Shown here: piece by piece, positions 28,331 to 41,700 of the stretch
How the letters are laid out: every line of letters begins with the position of its first letter
Position numbering within the stretch: the first letter of the stretch is position 1
From: Basidiobolus meristosporus CBS 931.73
Taxonomy: Eukaryota; Fungi; Basidiobolomycota
Direction of reading: 5' to 3'
DNA: 64,000 nt
NCBI GenBank assembly: GCA_002104905.1
Contig: MCFE01000274.1
Location: 1 to 64,000, forward strand
Position numbers and translations under genes: made by a program
The notes under the pieces: model-generated
Databases searched by the model: none
Told to the model about the DNA's origin: nothing
What the model saw: only the letters and a program-made list of their open reading frames with translations

Positions 28331-29308
28331 GGTGTAATAACCTCTGGCCAAAGCTTGCAGGGAATACCTGGGTTTTGTCTCTACTCTAATGAGAAAGGGA
28401 ATAAAGCACATACTTGTCAAGGGAAAACTATTGAGCTTCAGTCTTCAACTTGGTAGGCATCTTAACAAAAGTATGTGCAGGGCTCAGCATCCTTTGAGAT
28501 GACAATGTACTAGTGCTTCCAAAGCCAAAACAATTGTAAACTTCACCAGCAGGGACTTGGTAAGAACTTGGCTTTTGTCAATAGCCACAAAGACAGAAAA
28601 GTATCTTTGCCTGTACAAGAACACACTTGGAAAAGAATCAAATATAATAAAAGATACCTACTCTGAGAATTCCTGACAAGTAGTGCCTCCAAGGTCAGTT
28701 GGCTGTCAGCACAGTTTCCTGGGAATGTCCTGTGGTCTGGGATTGAAAGTTTAGGTAGCAGCAGGTAGCAGTGATCACACTAATCAACAAGTTGGTATGT
28801 TGATAAAAGGGATGGTGATCTAATGTGGATGGATTGCATCCCTGATCTACCTATTTCACTGGCTAAGAGATTACTAATCATGGTGTTCCAGAAGGTTCTG
28901 GAGGTCAAATAGAAATCTTGATGACATCAGAATGCGCTAAGAATGTCCCAAGTAGGTGCTGGAAGATTCTAGGAGGCACAGCACACCCAATCAATTAGGA
29001 ATCAGTATTCTGAAGCCTATGTAATTTAAGGATACTATATACAGTGGGAAATGGTAGGGATGGTGACATGGATTGGTCATGTGTCACAGGTACTGGGGTA
29101 GGCGCTTGCTTGATGTAGAAGCATCTACATCAACAAATCTTACATCAAGGGAGGGATAACTTATGCAATAAGGTAAGCAGGTGCTATAGTCAGCTGGCTT
29201 ATGGGATAGTACTGATCAAGTATGACAAATGGGATAAAACTAAAATAAGGGTATTAGAAAGATAGGAGAGTAGAATATATGAGACTGAGCATATCTATCA
29301 GTGAGTGT
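28330..29308. repeat. Decayed gypsy-LTR/UTR-like sequence
   Basis: Patchy similarity to the chromovirus leader and LTR. Confidence 0.35.
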
Positions 29309-32300
29309 CACTGTGACCCCACTACAACAGGATCATCACAATAACATCTTGTAAGAAAAGATACTGCTTTCTTGACCTGTGATATTGATTGCTCTACATA
29401 TATTATTCACTCATCCTGCTTCAGGACTATTCCCAGATTTCTCTGGGCTATTACATCTGTTTGTCAGTCACTGTACCTTATTGCCTCATTAATGCTTTGG
29501 TATGAGCTGACATCATACTTGCTAATACAAGTGGAGGTGATGCAGGTGGTTGTGATATTGTGACAACCAGTTGTCAGTCTTCAACTGATTGAACTATGTT
29601 TGTTACATTATCATATGCCTGAGTATTATTGTCAGCTTATTTTTCCACCATGATTCTCATTAGCCTACTTGACTGGGAGCCTGAGGAGTCAATATTATTA
29701 CCTTCAGTGGGTACATGGACAACATGGTCTTATTTTGGATGTAGCCCTGCTTGTAGCACAAAATTTGAAGGCAAGCTGTTGTCCTACCACTCTTGTGCTG
29801 CTGTCAATGGTTAGGCTTGTTTGGAACCAGATGACATATTGTATTTTGTTGGTGGCATATATATGAAAGTGAATCCAGCCAAAGGGAAAATGGTGTCCCA
29901 TATATATGTGTATGTGGTGCCACAACCTTGCTTATGATGCTTACAATGGTAGGTCATCATTGAATTGTACATACATGTCGATGCAATATTACAAATACAA
30001 TAGTGTCTTATACTCACGCATCTATCAACATAAAAATGATATAATAGTGTACTTTGTTGAGTGTCAAACTGCTTGCCCCATAGAGAAGACTACTTAGATT
30101 AAATGCCACAAGAGAAGAGAAAAAGACCAGGTGGCTATTGTAAGGAGCCTCTCAGCCATGAGGTACACAGACAGCATAGAAAGTATTACAAGGATCACAG
30201 CCAGTGTCTGGACACAAAAGTCATGTTTGGCTATTCATCAGTCACTACTATGCAAGCATATCATACCAGCTACTTGATACTTCAATATGGGCACCTTATC
30301 ACGCTTGTTATGTTGTGCAAACTGAGTGAGATTAGTTTATGATGCCTTTTGACTCACTGCAGCCTTCTAATATGGCACGCAGAGTGATAGCTCTGAGGAA
30401 GAAGACTCACTGATGGACTGTAAGCCTATCTCCTCTAAAAACAGTACATAGCATGAGCCTGGCCAAATCACAATACGCAATTAGACAACAGTTGCATGGC
30501 ATTTACATCAGAAATGCCACCATTTCAAGGTGTCCAGCCTGTTGGGAATCCAGCACCACTTGAGGTAAACATTGTTCACATTCCAGATATATTCCAGTAA
30601 TAACCTGTCTAACAAAGCTTATACAGTCCAACAAATATTGTAAAGCTATGAAGTTCTGCACTTGGTATCAACTACACAAAAACATCTTGAATATATCTGA
30701 TGGCAGGAATTTCAAACAGTTTAGAAGCAATGGCAACTTTGAAAGTATGTATGACCACGCCTTTGCCTTTGCACCTAATGAATTCTGATTAAGTTAGTAC
30801 ACTACCAGCAAATCCTGCTGGTCACTGGTTCTCATCAACTTAATCTGCCTCCTGTCTTATAGTATTAGAGCAGAAATCTGATGGTGGTCTTGATGGTTTC
30901 TGGGCCTTAATAACTATCAAGCCTAGAGAGCTACCTGCATCCATTACTGAATGAATCTTGTATGCTTTCCAGTGGGATATTACTTAATGGCCATCATATC
31001 AAAGCTCAAATTATTGTCTGCATTGAAGATACCCAGGCTATCAGCAAGGGAGCTGGATTTTCTAGGCACAATGGATGCTATTGCTGTTAAATGTGTGAGA
31101 TCCAGGGGATTTACTCCATAGCTTACAGGCATTATTACTATCTATTCACCAACCCCACAAACATCATCTTCCATAGAGGGGACTTACAGAAGTCAGTATG
31201 GAATTGCAGCAAAGTTGGCAAGCTTCAAGCCCTCAACCAGAATATAGAATTCATTGGAAACTAGATATACCCAAGATACCAGGTATTTAGTAGGGTAAAC
31301 GCTTTCTACTGGGAGCATTGCAGTTACTTTTTATCTACATCCCTTTGTCAGTGACCAAGTTGTACCGGGTACATTTCAAGCTGAATGAGTCCTTTGCAAT
31401 AGCAGAGATGTTTGTAAGAATTAGCAGGATATTACAGATTATCTGCTAAGTAAAGTACTTCTCATGGGCTCTAATCAATATTTGGCACATTTGCAACAAC
31501 ACAAACCATATGAATAATATTCCAATGATCCCATCCAGATGCTGTCACAAATTTTAAGTGCCATTACTAAGAGGCATTGATTCCATCATGACACTGTGCA
31601 AAGACCGTAAAAAAATAGTTGCACCCAAGATATCTAAAAAACCTAGTCAAAATTTTTTTTCTAACAGCCTCATGAATGTTAACACACTCTTCATTGATGC
31701 ACCCAATGGCTTCACAAATCTTCAATGTCTGTTGATTTTTAGGCTTTAGTACAATCACTACTTGTTCTCCCTCCTATGCTGTGATAGTTTTTTCTGTGGG
31801 CTCTATCTTTGGGCACTGTTATTGTGCTTCAAAGACTATATGGTGTTCCTCAACTGTTGCATTGGGAAATGACTCAATTCTTGGCTGCAATATGAGCTAC
31901 TTGGGTTACTTCTTTGCAGCAAAGATACTGCTTTCTCTATCTGGGATATTGATTGCTCTACATCTTTTATCTGCTTATCCTGTTTCTGGACTATTTCCTG
32001 ATTTTTTGGGGCCATTACATCTATGCTATAAGTTACTGCACCTAATTGCCTCATTAATGCTTTGGTATCAGCTGACAACATACCGGCTAATACAAGTGGA
32101 GGTGATGCAATGATGGCCACTTGCTGATCTTCAACTGAGGGTACTACATTTGCTACATTCTCATCTGCCTTAGCAATATGGTTGGCTTGCAGCTCTGCAG
32201 AAATTCCCAATCGCCAAATTGATTGAGAGCTTGCAGTGTCTGCATTATTCCCTTCAGTGGGCATAATGTCCAAAGGGCCTTTTTTGGCAATAGCTCTGCT

Positions 32301-32501
32301 TGTTGCGCAGATTGTGAAAGCTAGCTGTTGTCCAACCATTCTTCTGCTGCTCTCAGCAGTGGGGTTTGGTTGGCAATCTGATAACTTTGCTTTACTTTTA
32401 ACTGCATATATTTGAATGTGAGTCAAACCACAGGGGAAATGGTGTTACATATACATGTGTATATGGTGCCACAGCTTTATTTATAATGCTAACTATGGCA
32501 G
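29309..32501. mobile_element. Two deleted CACTA-like copies in tandem; putative terminus CACTGTGACCCC at 29309
   Basis: Contains ORF1 (minus), the central region, transposase N-terminus GYCKEPLSHEVHRQHRKYY and the INLNLPP region. Confidence 0.7.
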
Positions 32502-35500
32502 TTTCATGATCACATGACATCCCTGGTCTCCAATTAACTAGTCAAATCAAGTCAGTGAAGAAATCATAGTTCCTTCTAGAAAGTTCTATTATATTTTAGC
32601 AACTTCTAGATAGCTCCAAGTCAACGTTACACAACAGAATATTCTATGGAAGCTTCCCATTGGATTTTATGTAGTCCAATACCCTGTATGTTGAATACAT
32701 GGCATATGTCCTGGTCACATGATCAGCTGACCCCTGACATATCCCCATGTGATATTCTAGTTTGTTCTTTACTATATTTCTATCTTGGTACACTTACTGT
32801 GCCTTACCCCAGAACCCCATCAGTATTAGCCAATATCTCTTGGCATCCATGTTGCCAAAAGGGATATATAATTCTATCCCCCTTTATGTATTTCTCAGTC
32901 TGATAAGCACAGGTCTTGAATAAGCAGCCTTGCCTTGGAAATCTGCCTTGCCTTGTTGATCCACCCCTAGGTCCTTTCCTGGTCCTGCCCTGCCTAGCCC
33001 TACTCTCCTGCCTTGTGTCTATTCATAACAGGTTTATCAGACTGCTCCAGACTTACCTGTGGATCTCTGCCTTCTACCCAAAGTTCTTGAGAAGAACTTG
33101 TAAAGGAATACCTGCCGTAGTATTACCCTGAATCTTTCCCAGTCTTGTCCTCAAAAGGCAGAGATACTTCATCTTTGTAAGATTATTGGCCAAAGCAGCA
33201 TTCACTTTATTACCCTGCTGGTGTAGTTTACAGTTGTTACAGTATTGGAAGCTTTAGTGCAATACTCTATCCAAGGACATTGAAGCCAGTACCTTCTGAA
33301 GTGAAGCTAACTTATTCAAAGTTGGGGATTGTGGCTCAATAATTGTATTTTTTACATACCAGTGGCTTTACAACCCACAAATTAGCTAGCAATATCCATT
33401 ATTCCTGAACAAGTCCAAGAGACTTCTCCGCCTCCTGCTGCCATGACATGTCCAGCCCAGAGTATAACTTTACAAGTCTCATGGCTGCCATTGCCCTGCT
33501 GCAACAAGACAATGCAGACCTCAGAAACTCTGTTGCTCAACTCCAGAGCCAAAATACTCAGCAGCCTATCCAGGCTCCCTCCTACTATGATCCCAAGATC
33601 ACTTCCACTACCAAGTTCAGTGGCTCCCAGAATGAATTCAAAGGTTTCATCAACATAGTGAAACACCGCTTGTCACTACAACCCAATTGATTCCCAACAG
33701 ATCAAGCAAAAGTTGGTTATATCTCTAACCTGCTGACTCAAACTGCCCAGAAATGGCTCTCCCCTTTTGTGGAAACCAACTCCCCTCTACTCAGCAGCTA
33801 CCATGCCTTCCTCACAGAAATGGAGCTAACATTTGGTAACATTGATCAAGCCAGAACTGCTGCCAACAGGATCAAGAACTTGAAGCAAGGAAACAGACCT
33901 GCATCCGTGTATACTTCTGAATTCTGGCTACTAGCCTGTGACTTGAGTCCTTGGGGTGACACTGCACTAGTTAGTAAACTTCTAGATGGGCTCAATGATA
34001 AAGTCAGTAACCTACTTCTCACTTTCCCTGACACAACCACCTTGGGTGAAGCTATTCATCAAGTAATCCAATGTGACAATTGTCTTTTCCAGAAGAAACA
34101 GTATTTCCAACATACTTATCTGCCAACCTCCTGCCCTCTGATCCAGTTACCCAACACTAAGCCAGATGATCCTATGCAAATTGACAGTGCTAAATATAAG
34201 AAACTCACAAAAGAAGAAAGATCTAGACATCAGCAGGCAAACCTCTGCCTTTACTGTGGCCAGCCAGGCCACTTTGCCAAGTCTTTTCCTGACAAGAAGT
34301 CCAGCTTTGAGCTCCTGCAATCATCCAGTGAACAATCTTCTCCTGAATTATTGGGAAACTCCAATGTCCAGTTACAATGATAAGCTTGCAACTGAACCCT
34401 CCAATTAAAATTCAGCACATTCAAGAAACATCATACACTACCAAGTCCATCCAGTCCTTAAGAATGCCTGTCAACATCCACATCCCTGAATCCAGCCCTT
34501 TCTGTGTCCTTGCCATCATAGATTCTGGTGCTTCCTCCTGTTTCATTGACCAGTCATTTGTCCAGAAGCACAAAATCCCCACTGTCCTGAAATCCTGTCC
34601 TATCCAAGTAGAAGTTATTGATGGAAGATCCCTCTCCTCTGGTGCTGTAACCCATGAGACATGTCTACTCCAGCTGTCCAGTACTGGTCACCATGTGACA
34701 CTAGCCTTCAACATCATCAACTCTCCCCACTATTCCATAGTTCTTTGAAGTTCATGGCTTAGTCACCATAGCCCAGCTATCAACTGGAAGACCAAAATCC
34801 TGACATTTCCTAGAATCAAACATGTCAACTCCATGAAACCACCTGATTTTTCAGGTAAAGATATATCCATTCCCAAGCTACCCCAGACCCAGAAACCCAC
34901 TATCACTGAAGGAACACCCTCCAATGGAGTACCTGCCAAGTATCAAGAGTTTGCCCATGTCTTTGACAAGAAGAAAGCCAAACTACTCCCAGCCCATAGA
35001 CCCTATAATTGTCCCATTGACCTTGAAGAAGGAAAAACCCCACCTTTTGGTTCTATTTACAACCTCTTGCAACCTGAGTTAAAAGAACTCCATGGCTATA
35101 TTCAAGAAAACCTCCAGAAAGGCTTTATTCAGCACTCTAAGTCCCCAGCTGGTGCCCCAATCCTCTTTGTCAAAAAAAAGGATGGTACAATAAAAATGTG
35201 TGTAGACTACCATGCACTGAATACAATCACAATCAAGAACCATTACCCTTTGCCCCTGATCAACACCCTGTTGGATCAAATCTCTGCTGCCAAAGTATTG
35301 ACTAAGATTGACCTCAGAGGAGCATATAACCTTGTCAGGATCAGACCTGGCAATGAATGGAAACTGCATCTAAAACACGATATGGGCATTTTGAGTATAA
35401 AGATATGCCATTTGGTCTCACCAATGCCTCAGCTGTCTTTCAACACCTGATGAGTGACATACTCTGTGAATACCTTCACCAATTTGTGGTTATCTACCTT

Positions 35501-35885
35501 GATGACATCTTGATCTACTCCAAGACCTAAGAAGAGCATAATTCCCATGTCAAGAAAGTCTTGACCAAACTTGACACTGCTTGCCTCTTTGCCAAGCTGA
35601 AGAAATGTGAGTTTGACCAGAAAGAAGTTGAGTTCTTAGGTTATCTTATCACCTCAATGGAGCAAGAATGAACCCCAAGAAAGTAGAAGCCATCCAGCTG
35701 TGGAAAACTCTGTATTCTGTAAAAGAAGTGCAGTCCTTCCTTAGACTTGCCAACTTCTATTGTAGATTTATTGCCAGCTACTCCAAAATAGTCACTCCCT
35801 TGACAAAGCTCACCCAGAAGAATCTGCCCTTTGCCTGAAATGAGGAGCAGTCTATGTCCTTTAATTTCATCAAGAAATCCTTCTT
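32502..35885 (+). mobile_element. Degenerate, 3'-truncated Ty3/gypsy chromovirus paralogue (LTR 32502-33030, gag, PR, RT)
   Basis: Homologous to 38256-44161; LCLYCGQPGH knuckle, IIDSGASS protease, KMCVDY and YLDDI RT motifs with stops. Confidence 0.92.
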
Positions 35886-37495
35886 TTTGCTTTAAACTCC
35901 CTGAGCTTAGACAGAGCTTCTTCCTTTCTCTCCATGAAGTAGACCCATGTGTATCTTGTATAATCATCAATAAAAGTGATTAAATACTTCATCCTGCCTA
36001 AGGATAAATTTTGCATAGGTCCACACAGATCTGAGTGAATCAGATCTAACTTTTTCTTAATTTTGATTAACCCAGAGCTCTTGAACGGTTGTCTGGCTTG
36101 TTTCCCATATATGCAGGCTTCACAGTGCTCCAAATTAGCTGGGGGATCAATTTTCACTCCAGAAATTAGCTGATCTTTGATCATTTTATGCAAATAATCA
36201 AAATTGATGTGTCCAAATCTCCTGTGCCAAAGCATTGGTGTTTCTTCATTTAAGTTACTTATATTGGCTTCCAAGTATGATGGAATATAAGTCAACTTGT
36301 ATAGATTCTGATCTCTGATGCCTAAAGCAATATGGGCACCATTTTGATCAGTGATCCTGCATCCAGAATTGTCAAAACTGAAACTGAGTCCTTCTGCTGT
36401 GGCCTTACTTACAGAGAGTAGGTTCTTGGCTATTTCTGGTACATAGAGTACCTCTTTAAAGGTCAGTGTATGACTTCCTTCACTGCTTCTAAGGTTTACT
36501 TGGATAGTTCCTTCTCCCACTGCATCAAGTGTTCTATCATCACCCATGAAAACCTTCTTAATTGGAATTTCTTGATATTGGGTAAAAGTTTCTTTTTGGT
36601 GTGTAAAGTGTTGAGAAGCTCCAGAGTCAATATACCACGTCTGAGAATCCTTATTTGTGGTCATATTTAGAGCAGATATGAATAGTCTATCTTCAGTTGT
36701 TGCAGCATTTCCATATTCAGGCTTCTTTTGCTGATTATCTTTCTTTTTGAGACACCGGTCTGATGTGTGTCCTTTCCTTTTGCAGTAGTTGCAAAATAGG
36801 TTGCTGTTGCCTTTGTAGGGCCTTGGGTACCTCTTTTGTTGGTTATCATTGTTTATTAAAGCATTTTCTTCTTCCTTCTTATTGGCGCTTGATTTTCTTA
36901 ATTCTTCATCCAGGAGCCTTCCATATACATAATTAAAGGTCAAATCTTCAGTTCTGGACTCTAGGGCTGATACAAGGCCCTGAAACTCATCTGTCAGGCT
37001 ATTCAGGATGGTAACTATCACATCCTCATCAGTAGTTGGTACACCCACAGATTCCATCTCATCTACCAGCAGGGTAATTCTGTTAATTAGATTTTTCATT
37101 TCTTCTCCTGGCAGCATCTTTGTAGTAAAGAATTTTTGTCTCAGATACATTTTCTTAGCAGCTGAACATGACTGGTAGGTGTCTTCTAATGCTTTCCAGG
37201 CATTCTTTGCCGTTTTTGCTCTTGAGCATTGAATTAGCAATTTGTCCTTGACATTAAGGCAAATGCAGTTAAAGGCACTTTGTTCTTTCTTCTGGTACTT
37301 TAAGGCTTCCTCTCCCACGTTTTTAGGAGGGCATTCTTCTCCCATGACAATATCCCAAAGGCCTCTTTCTTGTAGCAGCATCTTCATCTTCACCTTCCAC
37401 ACTTGGTAGTTAGATCCATCCAACTTTTCAGCAGAGGGAAAAATTCCAGTAATAGCAGTAGTAGACATTGCAGAGAGTGACAGCTTGGGGCTCAT
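35870..37495 (-). CDS. Copia gag-protease-integrase polyprotein, 3'-truncated
   Basis: KLDGSNYQVWK, CNYCKRKGHTSDRC knuckle, WYIDSGASQH protease, LWHRRFGHIN / CEAC HHCC, HSDLCGP, FIDDYTR. Confidence 0.9.
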   Translation of the reverse strand: MSPKLSLSAMSTTAITGIFPSAEKLDGSNYQVWKVKMKMLLQERGLWDIVMGEECPPKNVGEEALKYQKKEQSAFNCICLNVKDKLLIQCSRAKTAKNAWKALEDTYQSCSAAKKMYLRQKFFTTKMLPGEEMKNLINRITLLVDEMESVGVPTTDEDVIVTILNSLTDEFQGLVSALESRTEDLTFNYVYGRLLDEELRKSSANKKEEENALINNDNQQKRYPRPYKGNSNLFCNYCKRKGHTSDRCLKKKDNQQKKPEYGNAATTEDRLFISALNMTTNKDSQTWYIDSGASQHFTHQKETFTQYQEIPIKKVFMGDDRTLDAVGEGTIQVNLRSSEGSHTLTFKEVLYVPEIAKNLLSVSKATAEGLSFSFDNSGCRITDQNGAHIALGIRDQNLYKLTYIPSYLEANISNLNEETPMLWHRRFGHINFDYLHKMIKDQLISGVKIDPPANLEHCEACIYGKQARQPFKSSGLIKIKKKLDLIHSDLCGPMQNLSLGRMKYLITFIDDYTRYTWVYFMERKEEALSKLREFKAKRRIS

Positions 37496-37847
37496 AACCT
37501 GTTGTAAGAGTCTTGGAGATATTGGAAGTGATTTGGAGAACAAGTAGATTATGTGGTTTTTGCTTAATGATTTATTGAATGTAAAAGTAGTATTTATACT
37601 TTTACCTGATCTTGGCATTACAAACACGTAGAATAGGTTAAGGAAGGTCCCAAGAACATGTGTGCAAAGTTTGGGGCTGTTTGGACAACTTTGAGAATTT
37701 TCATGTTCTGGGTACCTGGTATTTTGGTGAAAATATTCTAAGTAAATCCCAACAAGGAATTTGGTCAGTATTCTCTAGGATTTGAAGGTAATGATCTAAG
37801 TGACTAAGTTAGGTGAATATTTAGGTGGAAATACAAATTTTACAACA
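35886..37847 (-). mobile_element. Young copia 5' half: LTR 37500-37847, PBS, open gag-PR-IN N-terminus; truncated in integrase
   Basis: 348-bp LTR, then GGTTATGAGCCC, then an uninterrupted ORF. Confidence 0.93.
37488..37499 (-). promoter_or_regulatory. Half-tRNA(i)Met primer-binding site (Ty5/copia type)
   Basis: GGTTATGAGCCC immediately after the LTR, complementary to the initiator-tRNA anticodon arm GGGCUCAUAACC. Confidence 0.85.
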
Positions 37848-37856
37848 TTTACAACA

Positions 37857-38255
37857 GTAATACTCTTTGGGTGGTGGATTTTGATGGAGTTACTTGTTAA
37901 GTGTGGCATTGGGCTTAATGTTAGTTTTGGGTATAGGGACTTGAATTGTACATTATAATTGGCAATTGCAGCACAACTTAAGCTTCAATGGAAATAAATC
38001 AATTTGTATGCATGAAAAGTAAGAGAATTGTTTGAGTCAGAAAGCAAAGAGTGTGATGAAGAGGCAATAGCCAATCAATGTACAGAAATGTAGGAGGTGA
38101 TTGAGTGTTCTGAATCAGACAGTAAGAGAAATAGCAGTGGATCAATCAAGCCACTTATGTATTGTTGTGATGAAAATCTCAACTGGGTTTTTTGTGAAAT
38201 CTGGGGTAAAATTATTTACCAATGATCTTAGAATGGTGTCCTGATGGGATGAATA
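37857..38255. mobile_element. CACTA-like terminal region (continues at 44162-44240), target of the chromovirus
   Basis: Reverse complement of ~45810-46260 once the gypsy element is removed. Confidence 0.7.
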
Positions 38256-38778
38256 TGTTATGAATAGACACAAGGCAGGAGGAAAAGCTAGGCACGGCAG
38301 GAAAGGACTTAGGTGTGGACCATCAAGGCAAGGCAGGATTCAAGGCAAGGCTGTTTATTCAAGACCTGTGTTTATCAGACTGAGGAATACTTAAGGGGGG
38401 ATAGGACTATATATATACTTTTTGGCTATACTGATGCCGAGAGATATTAGCTAATACTAATGGGGTTGTGGGGTGAGGCACAGCAATGGTGCTGGGGATA
38501 ATGACATAGATGACACGGCACTGAGACAGGATGGGGAAATGGATTGGGTCACCTGATCATGTGACTAAGTCATGTGACCTGGTATTTCCATATATGGTAC
38601 TGGACTATAAAAAATACGATGGAAAGCTTCCATGGAATGTTCCATTGTGTAACAATGGTTTGGAATGGTCAGGAACTTTCTGGAAGGTGGTAGAAGGTTC
38701 CGGAAGGAATCTCTTAGAAATTGAGCTGGGAAGCTGAAACTTGGCATGGGTGTTCATGGTTGTCATGTGATCATGACA
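38256..38778 (-). repeat. Chromovirus 3' LTR
   Basis: Direct repeat of 43639-44161. Confidence 0.97.
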
Positions 38779-41700
38779 CTATTCTCCTCTTCCAGGCGGA
38801 GCTCTGTTTCCCTCTGGGGCAGGTTTTGCAGGATATTGTTGGTGGAACTGGGTAACTAGTTCTTGACAATTAGTGAGATGTGTAGCTGGTTCCCATGTTT
38901 GGTCACTTGGGCCATAACCAATCCAGTCTACTAAGTAGTACAGCTTTGACCGGATATACTTGGAGTCTAGAATCTGTTTAACTTCAAATTCTTGATGTTG
39001 GTCAACCTGGATAGCTTGGGGCTTTGCTTCTTGCCGGTTTGGCAATGTGTTCCTACAATACGGCTCCAGGAGGGACACATGGAAAGTATCATGGATTTTC
39101 ATACTTGCTGGTAACTGTAGCTGATATACTATAGGGCTAAGCTTCTTCTTGATCTTGAAGGGACCAAGTTTCTTGAAATCCAACTTGTCACAAGGGCGGT
39201 TGGTGCTGATGTTTCTTCTGAGCAACCATACAGAATCTCCTTCATTAAGATCAGGGCTGGGATGCCGTTTTAGATTGGCAAATTTCTTGTAGCCTTCCTG
39301 AGCTAAGGATAGCTCTTCCTTGAGGGTGTTCTGGATGTCCTGGATTGCTTGGGCATGTTCAGCCGCATGTGGGCTCATTGGGTTTGTTGGAATCTGGATA
39401 TCAAACTGAGGGTGGAATCCATAGTTTGCATAGAATGGTGTAAAACCGGTTGCACTATGACTTGAGTTGTTGTAGGCAAACTCAGCAACAGGGAGTAGAT
39501 CAACCCAATTGTCTTGCTGGTAATTGATATAGCACCGGAGGTATTGCTCCAGAATCTGGTTGATTCTTTCAGTCTGGCCATCAGACTGTGGATGGAAGGC
39601 AGTAGAGAGCTTGACTTGAACACCAAGGTATTGCATGAAGTGTTTCCAAAACTTGGACACAAACTGTGGGCCTCTATCTGACACAATATCACTGGGGATA
39701 CCATGAAGGCGGAAAATATTCTTCAGGACTAAAGCAGCAGTTTCTTTTGCATCAGTGTTCTTACAGCAAGGGATGAAGTGAGCCATCTTGGTCAGCCGGT
39801 CAGCCACTACAAGTATAGCATTGAAGCCACATGACTCAGGGAGGTCAGTAATGAAGTCCATAGATATAGATCTCCATTGGTGTTCTGGGATAGGCAGGGG
39901 TTGAAGAAGTCCATAGGGCTGGTGTCTGGCTGGTTTTGCACGGTTGCAAATATCACAAGTCAGAATGTACTCTTTGATAAGAGTTATCATTCTAGGCCAC
40001 CAGAAATCTCTTTTGATAGCATTCAAGGTTTTGGCAGTACCAAAGTGGCCTGCAGCCATTGAATCATGCCGAGACTTAATGATGTCTAGCTGGGTGGCAA
40101 GGTCTGGGACATAAAGCTGCTGCTTGTGGTAGATGAGGTTGTTTACCAAATGCAGGTTCTGGATGTTTGGGAACTTGGGAGGGGGCCCAACTGGGGATTC
40201 CAGATATTTCTTGATGGTGCTGGAAGTCATATCAGAGGCTTGGGATTCTGATATCCTTACTAGGAATGAAGGGATGACAAGACTTGAGGACTGGGTGGCA
40301 AGAATCTCAAAATGTTTCTTGCTCAGCAATGGGTGTTCCATTTGCCGACAGGCATCATCTCCCTCTTCCAGGGCATATTCCTTTTTTCTGGACAGGGCAT
40401 CAGGCTTTCCTTGCTTTGCACCAGGTCTATAGGTGATAGTAAAGTCAAAGCTGGACAGGAAGAGTGACCATCTGGCTTGTCTCCGGTTTAGTACTTTGGA
40501 AGTTGTAAAGTACTCAAGGTTCTTATGGTCACAGAAGACTTTGATATTGTGTTTTGCACCGTCCAGGTAGTGTCTCCATTGCTCAAAGGCTACAATGATG
40601 GCAAGCAACTCCTTATCATAGATATCGTAGTTGATCTCTGCAGGGGAAAACTTCCGAGAGTAGAATGCAATGGGGTGCAACACATTGTCCTCATCATACT
40701 TGGAGAGTATGGCACCAAGGGCAAAATCAGAAGCATCAGTCTCCACTATGAATTGCTTCTCAAGGTCAGGGTGGGCAAGCAGGGGGGCCTTCAGGAAAGA
40801 TTTCTTGAGTTGGTTGAATGAGCTGGATTGCTCCTCATTCCAGGCAAAAGGTGTGTTCTTCTGGGTAAGCTTTGTCAGAGGGGTGACTATCTTGGAGTAG
40901 TTGGCTATGAACCTGCGATAGAAGTTGGCAAATCCCAGGAAGGATTGTACTTCCTTGACTGAGCTTGGTGTTTTCCAGGATTGGACTGAGTCAACTTTCT
41001 TTGGGTCCATTCTTGTTCCCTCAGGGCTGATGAGATAACCAAGAAATTCCACTTCTCTCTGGTCAAATTCACACTTCTCTAGCTTGGCATAGAGACCGGC
41101 AGAGTCTAGTTTTCTCAATACTTTCTTGACATGTTCATCATGTTCATCTTGGCTCTTGGAGTATATGAGAATATCATCAAGGTAGATTACCACAAAATGG
41201 TCAAGGTATTCACGGAATATGTCATTCATGAGGTGTTGAAACACAGCAGGGGCATTGGTGAGGCCAAATGGCATTACTTTGTATTCAAAGTGGCCATATC
41301 TTGTGCGAAAGGCAGTTTTCCATTCATCACCAGGCTTGATTCTGACAAGATTGTAAGCTCCTCTCAAGTCTATCTTGGTGAAGACTTGGGCAGCAGATAG
41401 CTGATCCAACAGTGTGTTGATCAGGGGCAGGGGGTAGCGGTTCTTGACTGTGATCTTATTCAAAGCACGGTAGTCCACACACATTCTGAGGGTGCCATCC
41501 TTCTTCTTGACAAAGAGGATTGGGGCTCCAGCAGGTGATTTGGAGTGCTGAATAAAACCCTTCTGGAGGTTTTCTTAAATATAACCATGGAGTTCTTTCA
41601 ACTCCGGCTGGGAGAGGTTATATATTGGGCCAAATGAAGGGACTTTTCCATCTTCAAGGTCAATAGGGCAGTCATAAGGCCGATGGTCAGGGAGGAGTTC

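Noticed and set aside
37500-37627. 44-codon N-terminal extension of the 585-aa copia ORF
   Set aside because: It lies within the LTR; other LTR copies do not support it as coding, so it is probably an incidental open frame.
38531-38747. Identical small ORFs (68 and 60 aa) repeated at 43914-44130
   Set aside because: They simply reflect LTR identity; no protein motif.
41575-41577. Programmed stop-codon readthrough in pol
   Set aside because: The stop lies between protease and RT rather than at the gag-pol junction, and the paralogue has CAA.
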